NCBI RefSeq assembly: GCF_000002075.1
Contig: NW_004797421.1
Coordinates: 1,205,735-1,269,734, forward strand
Reading direction: 5' to 3'
DNA length: 64,000 nt
Source: Aplysia californica
Lineage: Eukaryota
Shown piece by piece: positions 51,804 to 64,000 of this stretch (the first letter of the stretch is position 1; the number at the start of each line of letters is the position of its first letter). A program made the translations under genes and the position numbers. Below the pieces are notes generated by a model. That model was not told the origin of the DNA. It saw only the letters and a list, made by a program, of their open reading frames with translations, and did no database searches.

Positions 51804-51809
<6 letters not shown>

Positions 51810-51893
<84 letters not shown>
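51810..51893. repeat. (CT)n microsatellite in the ZNF207 3'UTR
   Basis: Perfect dinucleotide run. Other simple repeats at 15790-16020 (TGTC-rich), 16590-16690, 26590-26900 (CA-rich) and 35010-35365. Confidence 0.95.
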
Positions 51894-51895
<2 letters not shown>

Positions 51896-52730
51896 GCAGC
51901 TTACCGTCCATCCCGCCTCAGAGCAAAATAGATATGTACAATCTCCCAAACATTAGAAAATCCACATGTTAAAACTTTCTATTGCGTCCATCAGAGTTGC
52001 CTTTGAAAAAAAAAAACTTAAAAAATAAAACAAGCCTCCCTAATTTTTAAAAAATGGACAAAATGAAGAAATCCCAGCACTTACTTGGCAACTGAAGAGA
52101 CCATCCATATGTACAGAAGCATACAATCCATCTTCACTCATTCTTTCTTTTTATACATGTAAGCAAGAGAGATTTAAAATAAACAAACAAAAAGAGAAAA
52201 AAAACAAAAACAATTCTTTTGAGCTTTGAAACATTCAACAAAAGTGCGTTCCACTACAAGAGATGGGTCAAAGGTCTCTCCAACAGGACATTTACACGTT
52301 TCTATCAACAATGGTACCAACTCTGTTCAATGAAGCTGCCAACATCAGATTTAAAAGGTGACAAAGTATCATTAAAATCATGAGATACAAAAATGAGAAG
52401 AGAGAAGGAGGTGGTGGGGAGGTATGCCAATTCATGATGATAACAACAACATATATATATATACATTATACATCAACACATAGTCTAATTGTTGTGGTAA
52501 AAAAAGTACTTGGCTGCCCCTGCCCTACAGAGCAGTCTAGGATCAAGATTACAAATTTCTTTTCAGAAAAAGCGGTCGACTTCATAAACTTCAATTTCTT
52601 TCCCAGCTCAAATCAATTTTCCTTCATTTGGCAGATGACACAATTCTGCCTCATCTTACTTCACAGCAATGCCTTTTCATTTCTCCTTTCTTTGTGGCCT
52701 AGATGCCTCGTACCACCATCAACAAGTAGT

Positions 52731-55700
52731 TTAGTTGAAGGGCCGCGGTCCCGGCCCGGGCCCTCTCATGTTCATGTTCCCCTGGAACGGCATCCCATTC
52801 ATGGGCCTCATGCCCATCCCCATGCCCATCCCACCCCCCATGGGCGGCCCTCGAGGCCCGTGCCCAGGCATGCCCATTCCTCCCATGTTGCCCGGTGGGC
52901 CTCGCATCATGTTGTTGCCCATCATGGGACCGCCGGGCATCATGCCGGGCCGAGGGGGACCTCCCATCATGCCTGGGGACACACAAGAACAAACATGGGA
53001 GCATGAGTTACACAAGTGCTAGAACCATTGCTGGTAACTTTTCAAAGCCACAATACAGACTCTTTTCAGAAGGTCAACATGGGACAAGTATCCCCACCCC
53101 TTCATTTACACTTTTCTGCAGTCAATATTTAAAATATAAAATGAACCTATTTAAAATAGACCTGCAACAATAATGTCAGAAATTTTAAGAAAAGATCTCT
53201 CCGATTAATTTACAGGCTTCATTGTTCTCATTATTATCGGCAAATCCAGCCTTAAAAGTTCACAAACACCTCTTCAGAATCGGCAAGTCCTTGAGGAGCA
53301 ATAATACACAAAAAAAGAGAATATGTATCTTCTGATACAAAAACAGACCTCCGTAGTCTGACCCTCAAAAGCTCATGAAATACGTTTACATACTGGTTGG
53401 CAGCTATGTAAAACCAACCACTGGACAATGCTGCACAGTACCCAAAAACCACAGAGAGTTGACCCAGTCCCAACTACCTTATTGCATAATTCCATCCTTG
53501 GAGCACAAAATAACAATCCTTTAGTTTCAACTAGCTAAAATTTTAAAGTACTTAAACCTTTCCATTTACTTCCAAAGAAAAGTTAGTCCTTATGTAATTA
53601 CTGACAACCTGTTGCTACTGTAAATAATTTTCTTGTCACACAGTCAAATAAAAATGAAAAGCTTCAACACACAAAGATTACTATATTTCAACGATCTAAA
53701 GATGTAGATAAAAATCCATTTCTTACTCTACATTTGTAGTGAACCAAACAAGCTCTCCATTTTCCTATGCATAAAACAAAATAATCTGTTCTATATGTGA
53801 ACATGAATTACTCTTTCCTTTCCTCCAACCAACATATAGTTGAACTATGTGCTGTCTAAAACAGAACTGTCAATATCTTCAAAATTAAACAAGAAAAACT
53901 TTTTTCCAAAGTTGATGGTGAAGTTATGACTGTCAGAAAATATTTATACTTACAGTTACCAAATTCCTAGCAGCTTCGACCTCCCACCAACAAAACACTG
54001 ACAGCGCACCCATGTACGCGCACAAGAAGAAACACATACACACACACACAAAGAGTACTCACCTCCTGGCATCATGTTGGGACCGGGACCTCCCATGCCC
54101 ATACCCATATTCATATTCATGCCCATGCCACCCATGTTCATTGGGCCACCCGTCTGCATGGGAGGGCCCCCTGACTGCATGTGGGGACCCCCAGCCTGCA
54201 TAGGGGGGCCCCCGGCCTGCATAGGGGGTCCTTGTGCCATGGAAGTGTTCACCATCCCTGAGCTGGCAATCATGGACTCCATCAGGTTGCGCTGGTACTT
54301 GGGCAAGTTAGCCCGCAGTTCTTCCTGTAAGGAGACGGCACGCAGGTTACAACGAGGAAAGCCACCTCACTCAAGTCTAAGGGCTCAAACTTAGGGCAGC
54401 TGTATCTCACAGCAGCCTTACTGGACCTTTGCTTAAAACAGGACAAGAAAGCAGTACGATACTAGCTTTCACACCTGTGCACTGACTAGTCACTGGCTAC
54501 CTGTAGGTGAGGCCTACAAACTCAAACCTCTGATAAAACAAATGTCATGAGATATCTGCAATCTATGACAACATGTATAATTCAACATTTCAGTATGTAC
54601 TCCCAGCAGCTTCTTGCGAGAGTGGTGACTTTATGAAACAAACTACTACAGTAAATCCTTTAAAAAAACCTGGATAAAAACAATAATGTAAAATTGACAT
54701 GAGGAGAAGGAAGGCAAGAGGCAGTGAAGAAAAGAGGCATAGAGGTAAGCAAGAGAGCAATATTCATCAGCTGAGAGCAAACACAACACAGAGTTTAACG
54801 TCTCCAGTCCCCCCACAACCATGTCAGTAGAAAAACTTCACTAATAAAAACGCAGTATTGAAAAATGGTGTGAAATGGCATAGGTTTAACACCCCCATTC
54901 AACACTTAGAAACAGTAATGTTTTCATGATACCTTACAAACTCACAAAAGTATGTGTGCATTATAACACGATACAACTTTCTACACAGTCAGGAATTATT
55001 TCCGAGAAGCAAGCCAAGAGAGTAAAACAACTAGTAGGGTACATAAGTTAAATTGTCACATGCATGATCGCGAGTACTTGAGAAATAAGATAAGTCTTAA
55101 GTTGCAAAGTTCTCACTTACATTTTACCGCAGGGAATCCACATGTACTACACACTAAAGAAAGCTCATCCACCAATTTACTGTTTGGGGAAAACAACTAA
55201 TGAAAATCAAAGGTAAGTGATGCACACAGTCAAAATGATCACAGCTCAAATAAACATACACAGGAATCAGTCCAAAAATATAAAGGCAAAGAGTAAGTAA
55301 TTAAGCAATTTTGTAGTGTGTTAAAAATGGGCTTTGTGACAGATGAATTAACCGTGAGATCTACCAAAAAAAAAAAATTGAGAACATGTATGCAAATCAC
55401 AACTACAAAAACAGATATTTAATTTTAATTCTTTAAAAAGCAGCGCGTATGTAGAAATTTCTAGGGATTATCTGCACTCGAAAAGATATTTCTACACTGT
55501 GCTCACATGTATGTGCAGCTCATCCGATAACATTGTACAAAACAAGAAGGCCAGAGAGACGGGAACTAACCTTGGTCAAGGACTAACCTTTAGTTACGTA
55601 ACCTCCAGACGAGGACACAGACAGACGCGACACTAGCCCCGCGGTACTCACCAGCGAAATGTCCTCATCAGGGTGCACTAACTTAGATGTCAAACCTGAG

Positions 55701-58700
55701 GTAGACTCGGGCTTCTTGATGGTCGGGGCGCCCGTGATGGTGGCCGAACCCCCACCACCGGCGCCACTATTGGAGGACACCACCGAGGCCGCCGCGGGGA
55801 ATGTGGGTCGCCCGCCACCCGCGGCCGTGGAGGTGGCAGTGCTAGACTGTTAAAAGAATATGTTTTAGTGTTAGTAAAAGTTTTACAGCACTTGCAACAC
55901 AATAAGGTCATACAAGGGCACAAGACTAGAGGTATCACAAGAGAGTAACAAACACAAAAAAGGAAGAGAGATCAGGACAATAGATGTTTTGGGGGTTTTT
56001 TTAGTAAGAGTTCTACGGCACTTTCAACACAATAAGGCAATATAAGTGCAGAAGATTAGAGGTGTCACAAGAGAGTAACAAACACAAAAAAGAAGGAGGA
56101 GAGACCAGGAAGATAGATGTTTGATCGGAAAGAAAGAGCCAACCATACCAGATCACCTGCCAACCACCCACAAAAGAACATGTGAGGAGGTTGTGATTAG
56201 GCTGTTGTCTATGAAGAGCTAGCAGTAGTCTCGCCTCAACAGAACACAAAAACAAACCTAAAGAGATGTGATTTGAATAAATAGAAGCACATCAATCTGA
56301 AAACAGCCATTTAGTACCCACATAAAGTGAGACAAACTAACAGAAACAACAGAGTAACAGAAAGAAAGACAGGGAGTAGGACCCACCGGCATATCGAATG
56401 TAAAGCATAAGACTCTGTCATAGCTCATCTAATTTTTTTAACATATATTTTTTTAATTCAGCAAGTGACACATAAGACTATGTCTCCTTGTGCGCAACGC
56501 GATGTTCTGTTGTGAGGTGTGTATCCTTATGCGCAATCACATCATGCCAAAATTTTCAGCCACGTGCAACAAAACTGTCTCCTTATGCACGACTCGACGT
56601 TTAGACTCGTGCGACTGGCAATTTACAGAAGAGAGACAGTGGCAAATTTTAATGTCAAGATGGACAAGGAAGTACAAAGTCCGTCAGACGGGAGTTCTAC
56701 AAGCTGCTGACATTTTTATTCCATACAAGGCCAATCCCTTGCAAGTCCTCCTCCTCCTCTTCTTCCTCCTCCTCCTCCTGCTGTCCGTTAAAAATACAAA
56801 ACAACAAGATTAGATTCACAAAACTTACATTGGGTCCAATTAAAGATAAACACACACACACACACACACACACACCACACCACACACGGGGTGTCGACCA
56901 TCACTCTTGGCTAGGTATTTTGACCAATGGTGATGCTCTAAACGTGCTACACCCCCAGTCTGTCGCACGCGACAAGACCCTCGATTGCTACATGGACCCA
57001 TCGCAGGCAACGGTCGCGTGCGACTAAATGTCTAAGCGACGGTTTCTTAAAAATCTTACTTGATTGATTTTAGAGCGGCAATGAAGAGGTCTAATGGTGT
57101 AAGATGTTCCCTCTATTCTGCTGATGCTTGAAGTTGAATATGCTGTGTGCTGTCTCCTCTCTCCACCCCCACCCCTCCCCGTGTTATTCCGCCCCCCACC
57201 CCCCCCCCCCCCCCACAAACTCTTGCTGTTGTCTGCTGTCCCCTACCTGTGCTGCTGCAGGGAAGAGCGGCCTGCTGGCCCCAGGACCCTGAGGTCTGGA
57301 CATGTTCATGGGGTTCATGGGACCCATATTGCCCATGCCCGGCCGCATCTGTTGATTCACCGGTCCCATGTTGCCCGCCATTCTGAGGGAGAAACAAGAC
57401 AATCTCAGTTTAACACACATCTGTGACACACAAGTGTATGACGAATGTACAGTCCAGTTTGTCTAAGACAGCCACCCATTGTCAAGTGGTTTTCTTAGTA
57501 GGATGTCATACACAAGTGTCATTATAATGGTAAAAAAAAATAATTTTAAAGCACAAGGAGGCAAATGGTCATTTGTTCAAGTGATTGTCTTATACAGGTG
57601 GCTGTTCAAGCAGGTTCTGCTGTACTTTCATTTCAGGCAAGAAAAGGTGAGTTCACCTAGACAATGTGATCTGCTATGTGAGTGAGCAAGTACAACATTC
57701 ATTCAGTCCCAATGTAACATTCCTCAAGACACTACAATCAAAAGCAAAGAATTTGTCCCCTTGCAAGACCCCCCCCCCTCCCACCCACTACAAAGGATGA
57801 AAATAATTCTGAACCCTTACAAATTCATCTCAACGACTTATATGCATTGTCAACAAGATTTGTTCCCATCTGCCCTACAATAGCCAAAACACTGTCAGGA
57901 TCCTAAATCATACAAAGGTTATGCCCAGGAAACACTATCAGAACTTTTACCAACCACACAGGGAAAGAAAATATAACACATAATCACAATATCAACAGTT
58001 TGTAGGAAAAAAAATTTTCCATCAGAACTTACCCCATTGGGCCCATCGGACCTGAAAAGGCAAGAAAAAGAGAGAAATTAAGTTTCATTTCATACACTGA
58101 TTCACATACAAATAGTACAAAACAGCAACTTGCTAAACACATCCTTTCCTAATTCAATTACCAATAATTCAGTTACTGAGTGCTCCCAAATTTCAAATCA
58201 CAACAAGATGACAAACAGCATATGTCTTTGATCACCATACACAAAAATTAAAAACTCCTTCGCTTTGAAACCTAGGCTCAAAAGCACAAATTCCTCTTTC
58301 CTTTCAGATGAATACATCCCTCCCCCCCCCTCCCAATCAAAAACAGCAAGATATAGCCTCTTTTACAACAGAAAAATACCGCTTTTGTTACAAAACACAT
58401 AATTAGAGAAAGGGAGGCTAATCATGGTTCCACACCTAAACCACTACACCAGCATTCCCCAGTCACATCCCAAAGCTTAGAAAAAGAAATCTACAAAACT
58501 CAGTCAGCACCAAAGGTGATCGTTACAATCAATATATGTTTTCACTGCAGACCAGAACACTTTTCCACCAGACATCAGATAGAGTAAACACCTAGCAAAT
58601 TTCCCACACACCATGGCACCAGACACAGATCTCACTGTCCTACTGTCACAGAGCACTAGAAGTCTATTCCATCAGACATCACATGCACATCAACCCCCAC

Positions 58701-61700
58701 CCTCTCCTCCTCCATTATGGGGCCGGCCAGGGCTCACATCTCATTATCCTTCTCAACTACAAGTTTATTCAACCCAATATTGAAAAATACAGGAAAAAAA
58801 CTTACCCATTCCCCCCATCATAGGGCCGGGCACAGTCCCCATTCCTCCCTGGGGCATCATGGGATTGGGTACCCCCGCCCCCATGGGACCCATCATGGGA
58901 CCACCGGGCACCATGGGCCTCATGCCCGGAGGAGCAAACGGCATCCCTGGCTGGGCGGTGGCTCCTGGCATGCCGTTCATCATGGGAGCAGCCGCCGATG
59001 GAGGGGGGTTACTGTTGTCGTCAGAGTCACCCTCGTTGGCAATGTCTGCGGCTGAAATACCAACGAACACATTCATCAGAGACAGACATACATGCGTACC
59101 GTAGTGCTCATTACAAAGACAACTGACCAGATACAAACTCGCCGAGGCAAGAAAAATTAGTAACTCTGCCTGACCCCACAGTTAACTAATGCAATATGCA
59201 AGACCAAAAACATAGCATAAAAACCTGTCTGTATAAAAAAAAACCTAAAATGTAATAATCAAGCAAAGATAAAGATAAAATAGTAAATCAAACATTCCAC
59301 CAAATTCAATAAGGCCAGAACAAAGTCACAACCCACTGAGCGACAGTAGTTGTAGAACACATGGAGCTGTGAAAAGACACAATAGACCATTCATTATTCA
59401 GATACCACACTCCAACCTTCTTTTCTTTATTTTATCCCACATTTCAATCAACACACTGAAAAAAGCAGTGCTGCCATTTTTAATCCATTAATACGCAAAG
59501 AGCAGCTAAAATGTTTCTAAGTCAGAGGCAAACTCTGAATGAAAATACTTTCATTCTTTCATGAACGGCATGCAGATGAAGAGTTTTAAAGAAACAACAA
59601 AATCATGTGAATCAAAAAGCAATCAAAAAGACATTTCAACTTACCTTTCTTGCTTTTATTCTTTTCATGAGCTTTGACATCTTCTTCTGGTATTCCTTCC
59701 ATTCCATAGATCTCAATCTCTGTATTACATCGACCTGGTAAACTGTTGGGAACTTTGTCAATCTTTTCCTTGTGAACCTGATCAGAAAATATTAATAACT
59801 GTGAGGAACTTCACCAATCTTACTTTCACTTTCACACTTTCCATTCCAACTAAAATAGTCAAAACATTGAATTACACATTGGCAACACTTAACACAACTT
59901 GAACAGGGAATATCCCATGCTCACAATTTGTTTAGTTCCACTTTTCACTGTGATGCCCTTCAATATATAAATTTAAGCTTGAAAATTCCAAAATTTACAA
60001 GGGCAGAAGAAACTAGTGCCAGCGAATATAGTTAATGTACACGAAAAATTAACACTGGCATACAATTATACAGACATGAAGCAAAACAACAAACCCACTT
60101 CTTAAAACAATCTCTACTCTACGTAAGACAGAAATCAGTCTCCTCTTTATACGTGAAAACATGGACTTGACACAGTTCCATTTAACTACTACTTTTCAAA
60201 ATTGGATGAACATCATATTCCATGACAATTCCTTAAACTTCAACAGCAAAAATGATACGAGACTGCCGCCCGATAATATAGTAAAAATACCATCCAAAGC
60301 ATTTTTTCCAACACAAACAAAATAAATCCCCCCCCCCCCATCCAATAGACATAATCTGTGGCAAAATACAAACCTGCATGCAATGAATTGCTAATCCAGG
60401 TCCTGTGTACAGTTTTTTATAGCAAATGTGACATTTGAAATGTTTTGCCTTTTGGTGCTGAATCAAGATCTTCTCATCATCAAATTCTCTGTTGCAATAC
60501 TTGAAAATGGTCAAGGAGAGTTACCAAAACACTCGAAAATATCTTTCACACAAATTTGTGTAAAAAAATTATTTGCCATTATATCACAACAAAGAAGAGG
60601 CCTAAAGTTAATTGCAAAAATCAAACGAAAGCTCAATATTGACAAGAAAAAAGATAAGAAAACAGGTAATTTTTACCACAAAAAGGACATTAGTTTAGTT
60701 TAGTAACAAGAAAGTGTTTACGGTACCATAACAAATTACATTAGCCCCAAAATTTAAAAGAAACTTTCTTTTCCCACTTTATAACAATCAAGTTACGACT
60801 ATTTTCAAAGTGATGAGTGATGAACCAATTCATTGCTCAAACCAGTGAGATGTCTAGATCACAATCGAAATTCCCCTTACTAACATCATCAACTGCATCG
60901 AAGATTCCTTTCATTCACCATTTTGCCAGTCCTAATCCTCTGATCTATTGATTTCGGTAATGTCAATTACAACGCCTACTACTCTCAATATCAAGTATCA
61001 AACCAACAAACAATAACATCTTGCAAGAAAACACAGCTTGAGCTAATGCTTAGGTAACATTTATCAAGTCATTTCATATCATTTGTTTACGTGATATATG
61101 ATTTCCAAGTGTTATCGCCAGCAATTTAATCGCTGATGATGATAAAGTGGTACTGATGAGATTGAGAGGTTCCTACCAAGCTTGCGTGGTTTGCTTTCGT
61201 GTCAAAAACACAGCAAGCTTCCTATCTTTAACTTACAAAAAAAAAACGTTCAGTGCCAAAAAGAAAACTGAATAATATAAAACTAAAATGCATGTGTTGT
61301 AGTTTTACCAGTTTTCTTATTACCTTTAATTTAACGTTAACTTTTTAACCCCCAAATTATCTTCCACGATTTGATGGAATTTTTTTCAGATCTCGTGAAA
61401 CACATTATAACGGGAGATGACAAAATATTATTAAACAGTTAAAACTGTGTCAAAGTGAAAGAGGAAGTAGTTTTCTAACACTCCCGAGTCAAAAATAAAT
61501 CTTTCCTTTTTAAGAGATTGTAAATTATTAGCTGTAATACTTCATGCACCCTCCTGCAATCTTCAGATGCTGGAACCATCCACTCAGGGACCAGGCGAGT
61601 TTCACTGGATGCTCCCTCCCATCGTCAACTCAGGGAGAATTTAATCTTTAAAGTCTGAAAGCACTAGTTTTCTGTTTCTATTCTTAAAAATTAAAATCTG

Positions 61701-62384
61701 AGTTCGAAACAATTACAAACAATGCCGTCCAAATCCAATTAACTGACATCCGGATGATTCAGTTTCAGTTTTAAGTTTTGGGCAGAAATTCAAACTGAAA
61801 GTGGAAAGATCTCGTCTTGAAGCAAATATGAAAGCAGTCAAAAAAATGAAGAAAACTGACAATTTATGTATGGCATATTTAATTGAAAGGCAACAACAAT
61901 ATAGACATGGCATGGTTCCATGGATCTAGATCTAGAACTAGAACAGAACTACTAGATTCCTAGATCTAGACTAGACAGAGCTTCAAGACTGTCGCTACTC
62001 CGCTACTCCAACTTGTACCCATGCCATTGACCATTCAGTTTTCAGGACCATTGTCACTGATACATTTCAACACTTTTGAAGTTATAGTCTCACAATTTCT
62101 TTCTATCATTTTTAGCCTAGTGATGTTTGAACTTCAGATGGCGACACTCTACGATTCGATACCAATGTTGTGTTATAATGTTCAACCATCGTGACAAGCG
62201 ACTCCCTGTACCTGTACTGTCGTGTTGCCAGTGCCAGTTGATAGCCTGCGCGGGGACGCTGACAATCAACATGTGAGTGTCCCCCCCCACGTAAAAACAA
62301 AATAAAAACAAATACAAAAGCAACGAGTTAGGAAAAAGGATATCAGCACCATGGCTTCATCTGCTTCTTCTTCTTACGTCCCAT
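52731..62384 (-). CDS. ZNF207: BUB3-interacting and GLEBS motif-containing protein ZNF207 (BuGZ)
   Basis: Exons 62384-62344, 60500-60374, 59777-59645, 59051-58806, 58051-58033, 57382-57247, 55846-55652, 54324-54063, 52972-52731. Sequence [40 protein letters not shown]...[20 protein letters not shown] motif [16 protein letters not shown], and M/G/P low-complexity regions. Confidence 0.96.
55863..56171 (-). mobile_element. Tandem dimer of the ~175-bp retroposon
   Basis: Two head-to-tail copies (55863-55990 and 55996-56171) inside one TSD AAAAGAA(T/C)ATGT. Confidence 0.85.
60501..62343 (-). other. U12-type (minor spliceosome) intron 1 of ZNF207 with AT-AA termini
   Basis: 5' end ATATCCTTTT (U12 donor consensus). 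Branch site TCCTTGAC followed by CATTTTCAA|G. The conserved Trp codon is split TG|G. Confidence 0.88.
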
Positions 62385-62500
62385 GGCTGTCTTGTTTTCT
62401 CAAATCACACAGCGTTGTCAGTGCGTAATTTCGACTTTGAGACCAATATGGCGGAGGAGGGCTGTTTCCGTTTGCGACTTGGATGCTACTTGTTCTAAGT
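62385..62500. promoter_or_regulatory. ZNF207 5'UTR / core promoter
   Basis: CpG-rich stretch directly upstream of the ATG, with AATATGGCGG (YY1-like) and TTTCCG motifs. Confidence 0.5.
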
Positions 62501-63221
62501 CTAATAGGGTACTGTTCCGCAATCGAGTATCTTGACAAAGCATTGATGTCTGCTTACTGTGATAAGGCCGAAGATTTGGCCTGACGTGGAATGGAAAATA
62601 AAATGTTGATAGATATTTACGAAGTTGTGCATGCTCAATAGATTGTCAATGAAAAGAATAGACTGAATAGACTTTGCATCCAAATATGATTGACGAAAAT
62701 CCAAAGCCTCCTATACAGTGTATTTCCCCCAACGAGGTCTTCTATTAATAAGCGATTGAACCGAGCAGAATCTTCTTCGACTTCAGATAGATTTAGTCCT
62801 TTTTTAAAACTTTGAATATTTTTATCGAGGTAGCTGTAAAAGGTGTCATGAGCTCTAAAAAAGAACAATTTGAACTTGGTTCGACGTGTAGCATAATAAG
62901 AGATTTTAGAATTGCTTGTAGTGAAACACAGCTCGCTTCAGTTGCTTGTGACCTACTCGGAGGCGGAACAGCCCTCTGATAAATTACGGAGCGAAGCGAA
63001 TGAACGCCGACCGTGGCAAAATATACTGGAAAAGTAAGGAGTGTGTTCTCCTTTTCATAAGTTCGCAAAATGAAAGTTCCACTTTTCCCTTGTAGCCTAC
63101 AACAATAATTTTTTTTTTTTTTTTTATTTTTTTTACAATGTAATAATAATAATAATATTAATAATAATAATAATAATTATAATAATAATAGTATTAACTT
63201 ATGTATTTCAAATGTAGTTTT

Positions 63222-64000
63222 ATTCCTTTACTTACTTTTACCTTTTTCTTCCGCTTGTACCCTGGGGTGTCGCGGGGAGACACAGGTGTCTGTCTGCAGC
63301 AAGTCGTATGGCCTGTAGGAGGGACATCCCATGATCTTTAAGGGTGTCTGCCACAGATTCACTCCATCGTCGCCTTGGTCTTCCTCTGGCTCTCCATCCA
63401 AAATATTTCATGTTGTATCCTCTCAGAGCTGGATGGTTTGAGGGCATCCGCGTGAGGTGTCCGAACCACTTGACCTTTTGTTTTTCAATGTGTGGTAGGA
63501 CTGGTGTTGCTCCCACGGTGTCCCTTATGACTTCATTTTTAATTTTGTCTCTTCTTGTTTTGTTGACCGCTCTTCTTAAGCATTTCATCTCGCATGTGAC
63601 CAGTTTCCTCTCTAGGGCTTTTGTTAGAGTCCATGTCTGGCACTGATATGTGAGCGTTGGAAGGAAAATGGCGTTGATGAGCTTCACCTTGGTGCTCATG
63701 GGGATATTGGAATGTTTCAGGAGAGGGCCCAGTTGGTAGCTGACTGCGTTGGCTCTCTGGCATCTAGTCTCTATCTCTCGATCTAATTTTCCATTTTCTG
63801 TGAAAATGCTGCCCAAGTATTTGAATTCTCTGCTTTGTTTTAGTTGGGATCCATTGATGTTGATATCCACTTTACCTGGTCTCCTGCTAATTGTCATGAC
63901 TTCGGTCTTGCTTATACTGATCTTCATGTCATATTTTTCGCAGCTCGCATTTAGTTGGTTTATATGCTCCTGTAGCTGAGTCTTGTTGTTAATCATTGCC
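63222..64000 (-). mobile_element. RTE-clade non-LTR retrotransposon, 3' end (C-terminal part of the RT ORF)
   Basis: Uninterrupted 252-aa ORF: MKISISKTEVM, FKYLGS, LTYQCQTW, EMKCLRR, WFGHLTRM, RARGRPRRRW. Ends in a short (TAAG)n-like tail; runs off the window edge. Confidence 0.92.

Noticed and set aside
52380-59104. Plus-strand Pro/Gly/His-rich ORFs (52380-53006, 54074-54394, 58859-59104)
   Set aside because: Antisense shadows of GC-rich ZNF207 exons.
60780-61180. TGATGA/CTGA motifs suggesting an intronic box C/D snoRNA
   Set aside because: The motifs are on the strand opposite the host transcript and lack terminal stems.
62501-63068. Overlapping short minus-strand ORFs upstream of ZNF207
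   Set aside because: No recognisable motif, splice structure or TIR pair; possibly a decayed repeat but not supportable.

Overview
Eukaryotic (metazoan) genomic DNA: AT-rich, intron-containing and rich in microsatellites and SINEs. The style suggests a lophotrochozoan invertebrate, possibly a gastropod mollusc (inference). Five spliced protein-coding genes were reconstructed exon by exon: PAQR3 (-, last exon outside the window), a LITAF/CDIP1-family gene (+), FDXR/adrenodoxin reductase (-), RhoGDI (+) and ZNF207/BuGZ (-). They form two head-to-head pairs, and converging genes are separated by long T-rich 3' regions. The window ends in the RT 3' end of an RTE-clade LINE. Notable points: (1) ZNF207 intron 1 is a minor-spliceosome (U12) intron that must use non-canonical AT-AA ends to stay in frame, with a competing AG 1 nt downstream that gives a premature stop. 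(2) A ~175-bp retroposon with no recognisable tRNA head occurs about 16 times, with TSDs, two subfamilies and compensatory stem-loop changes; several copies end just upstream of 3' splice sites and one supplies a perfect TACTAAC branch point. (3) Tandem duplications have copied splice sites in PAQR3 and FDXR. (4) There are piggyBac-like, MULE-like, Tc1/pogo-like and hAT-like MITEs, plus palindromic micro-insertions resembling excision footprints.
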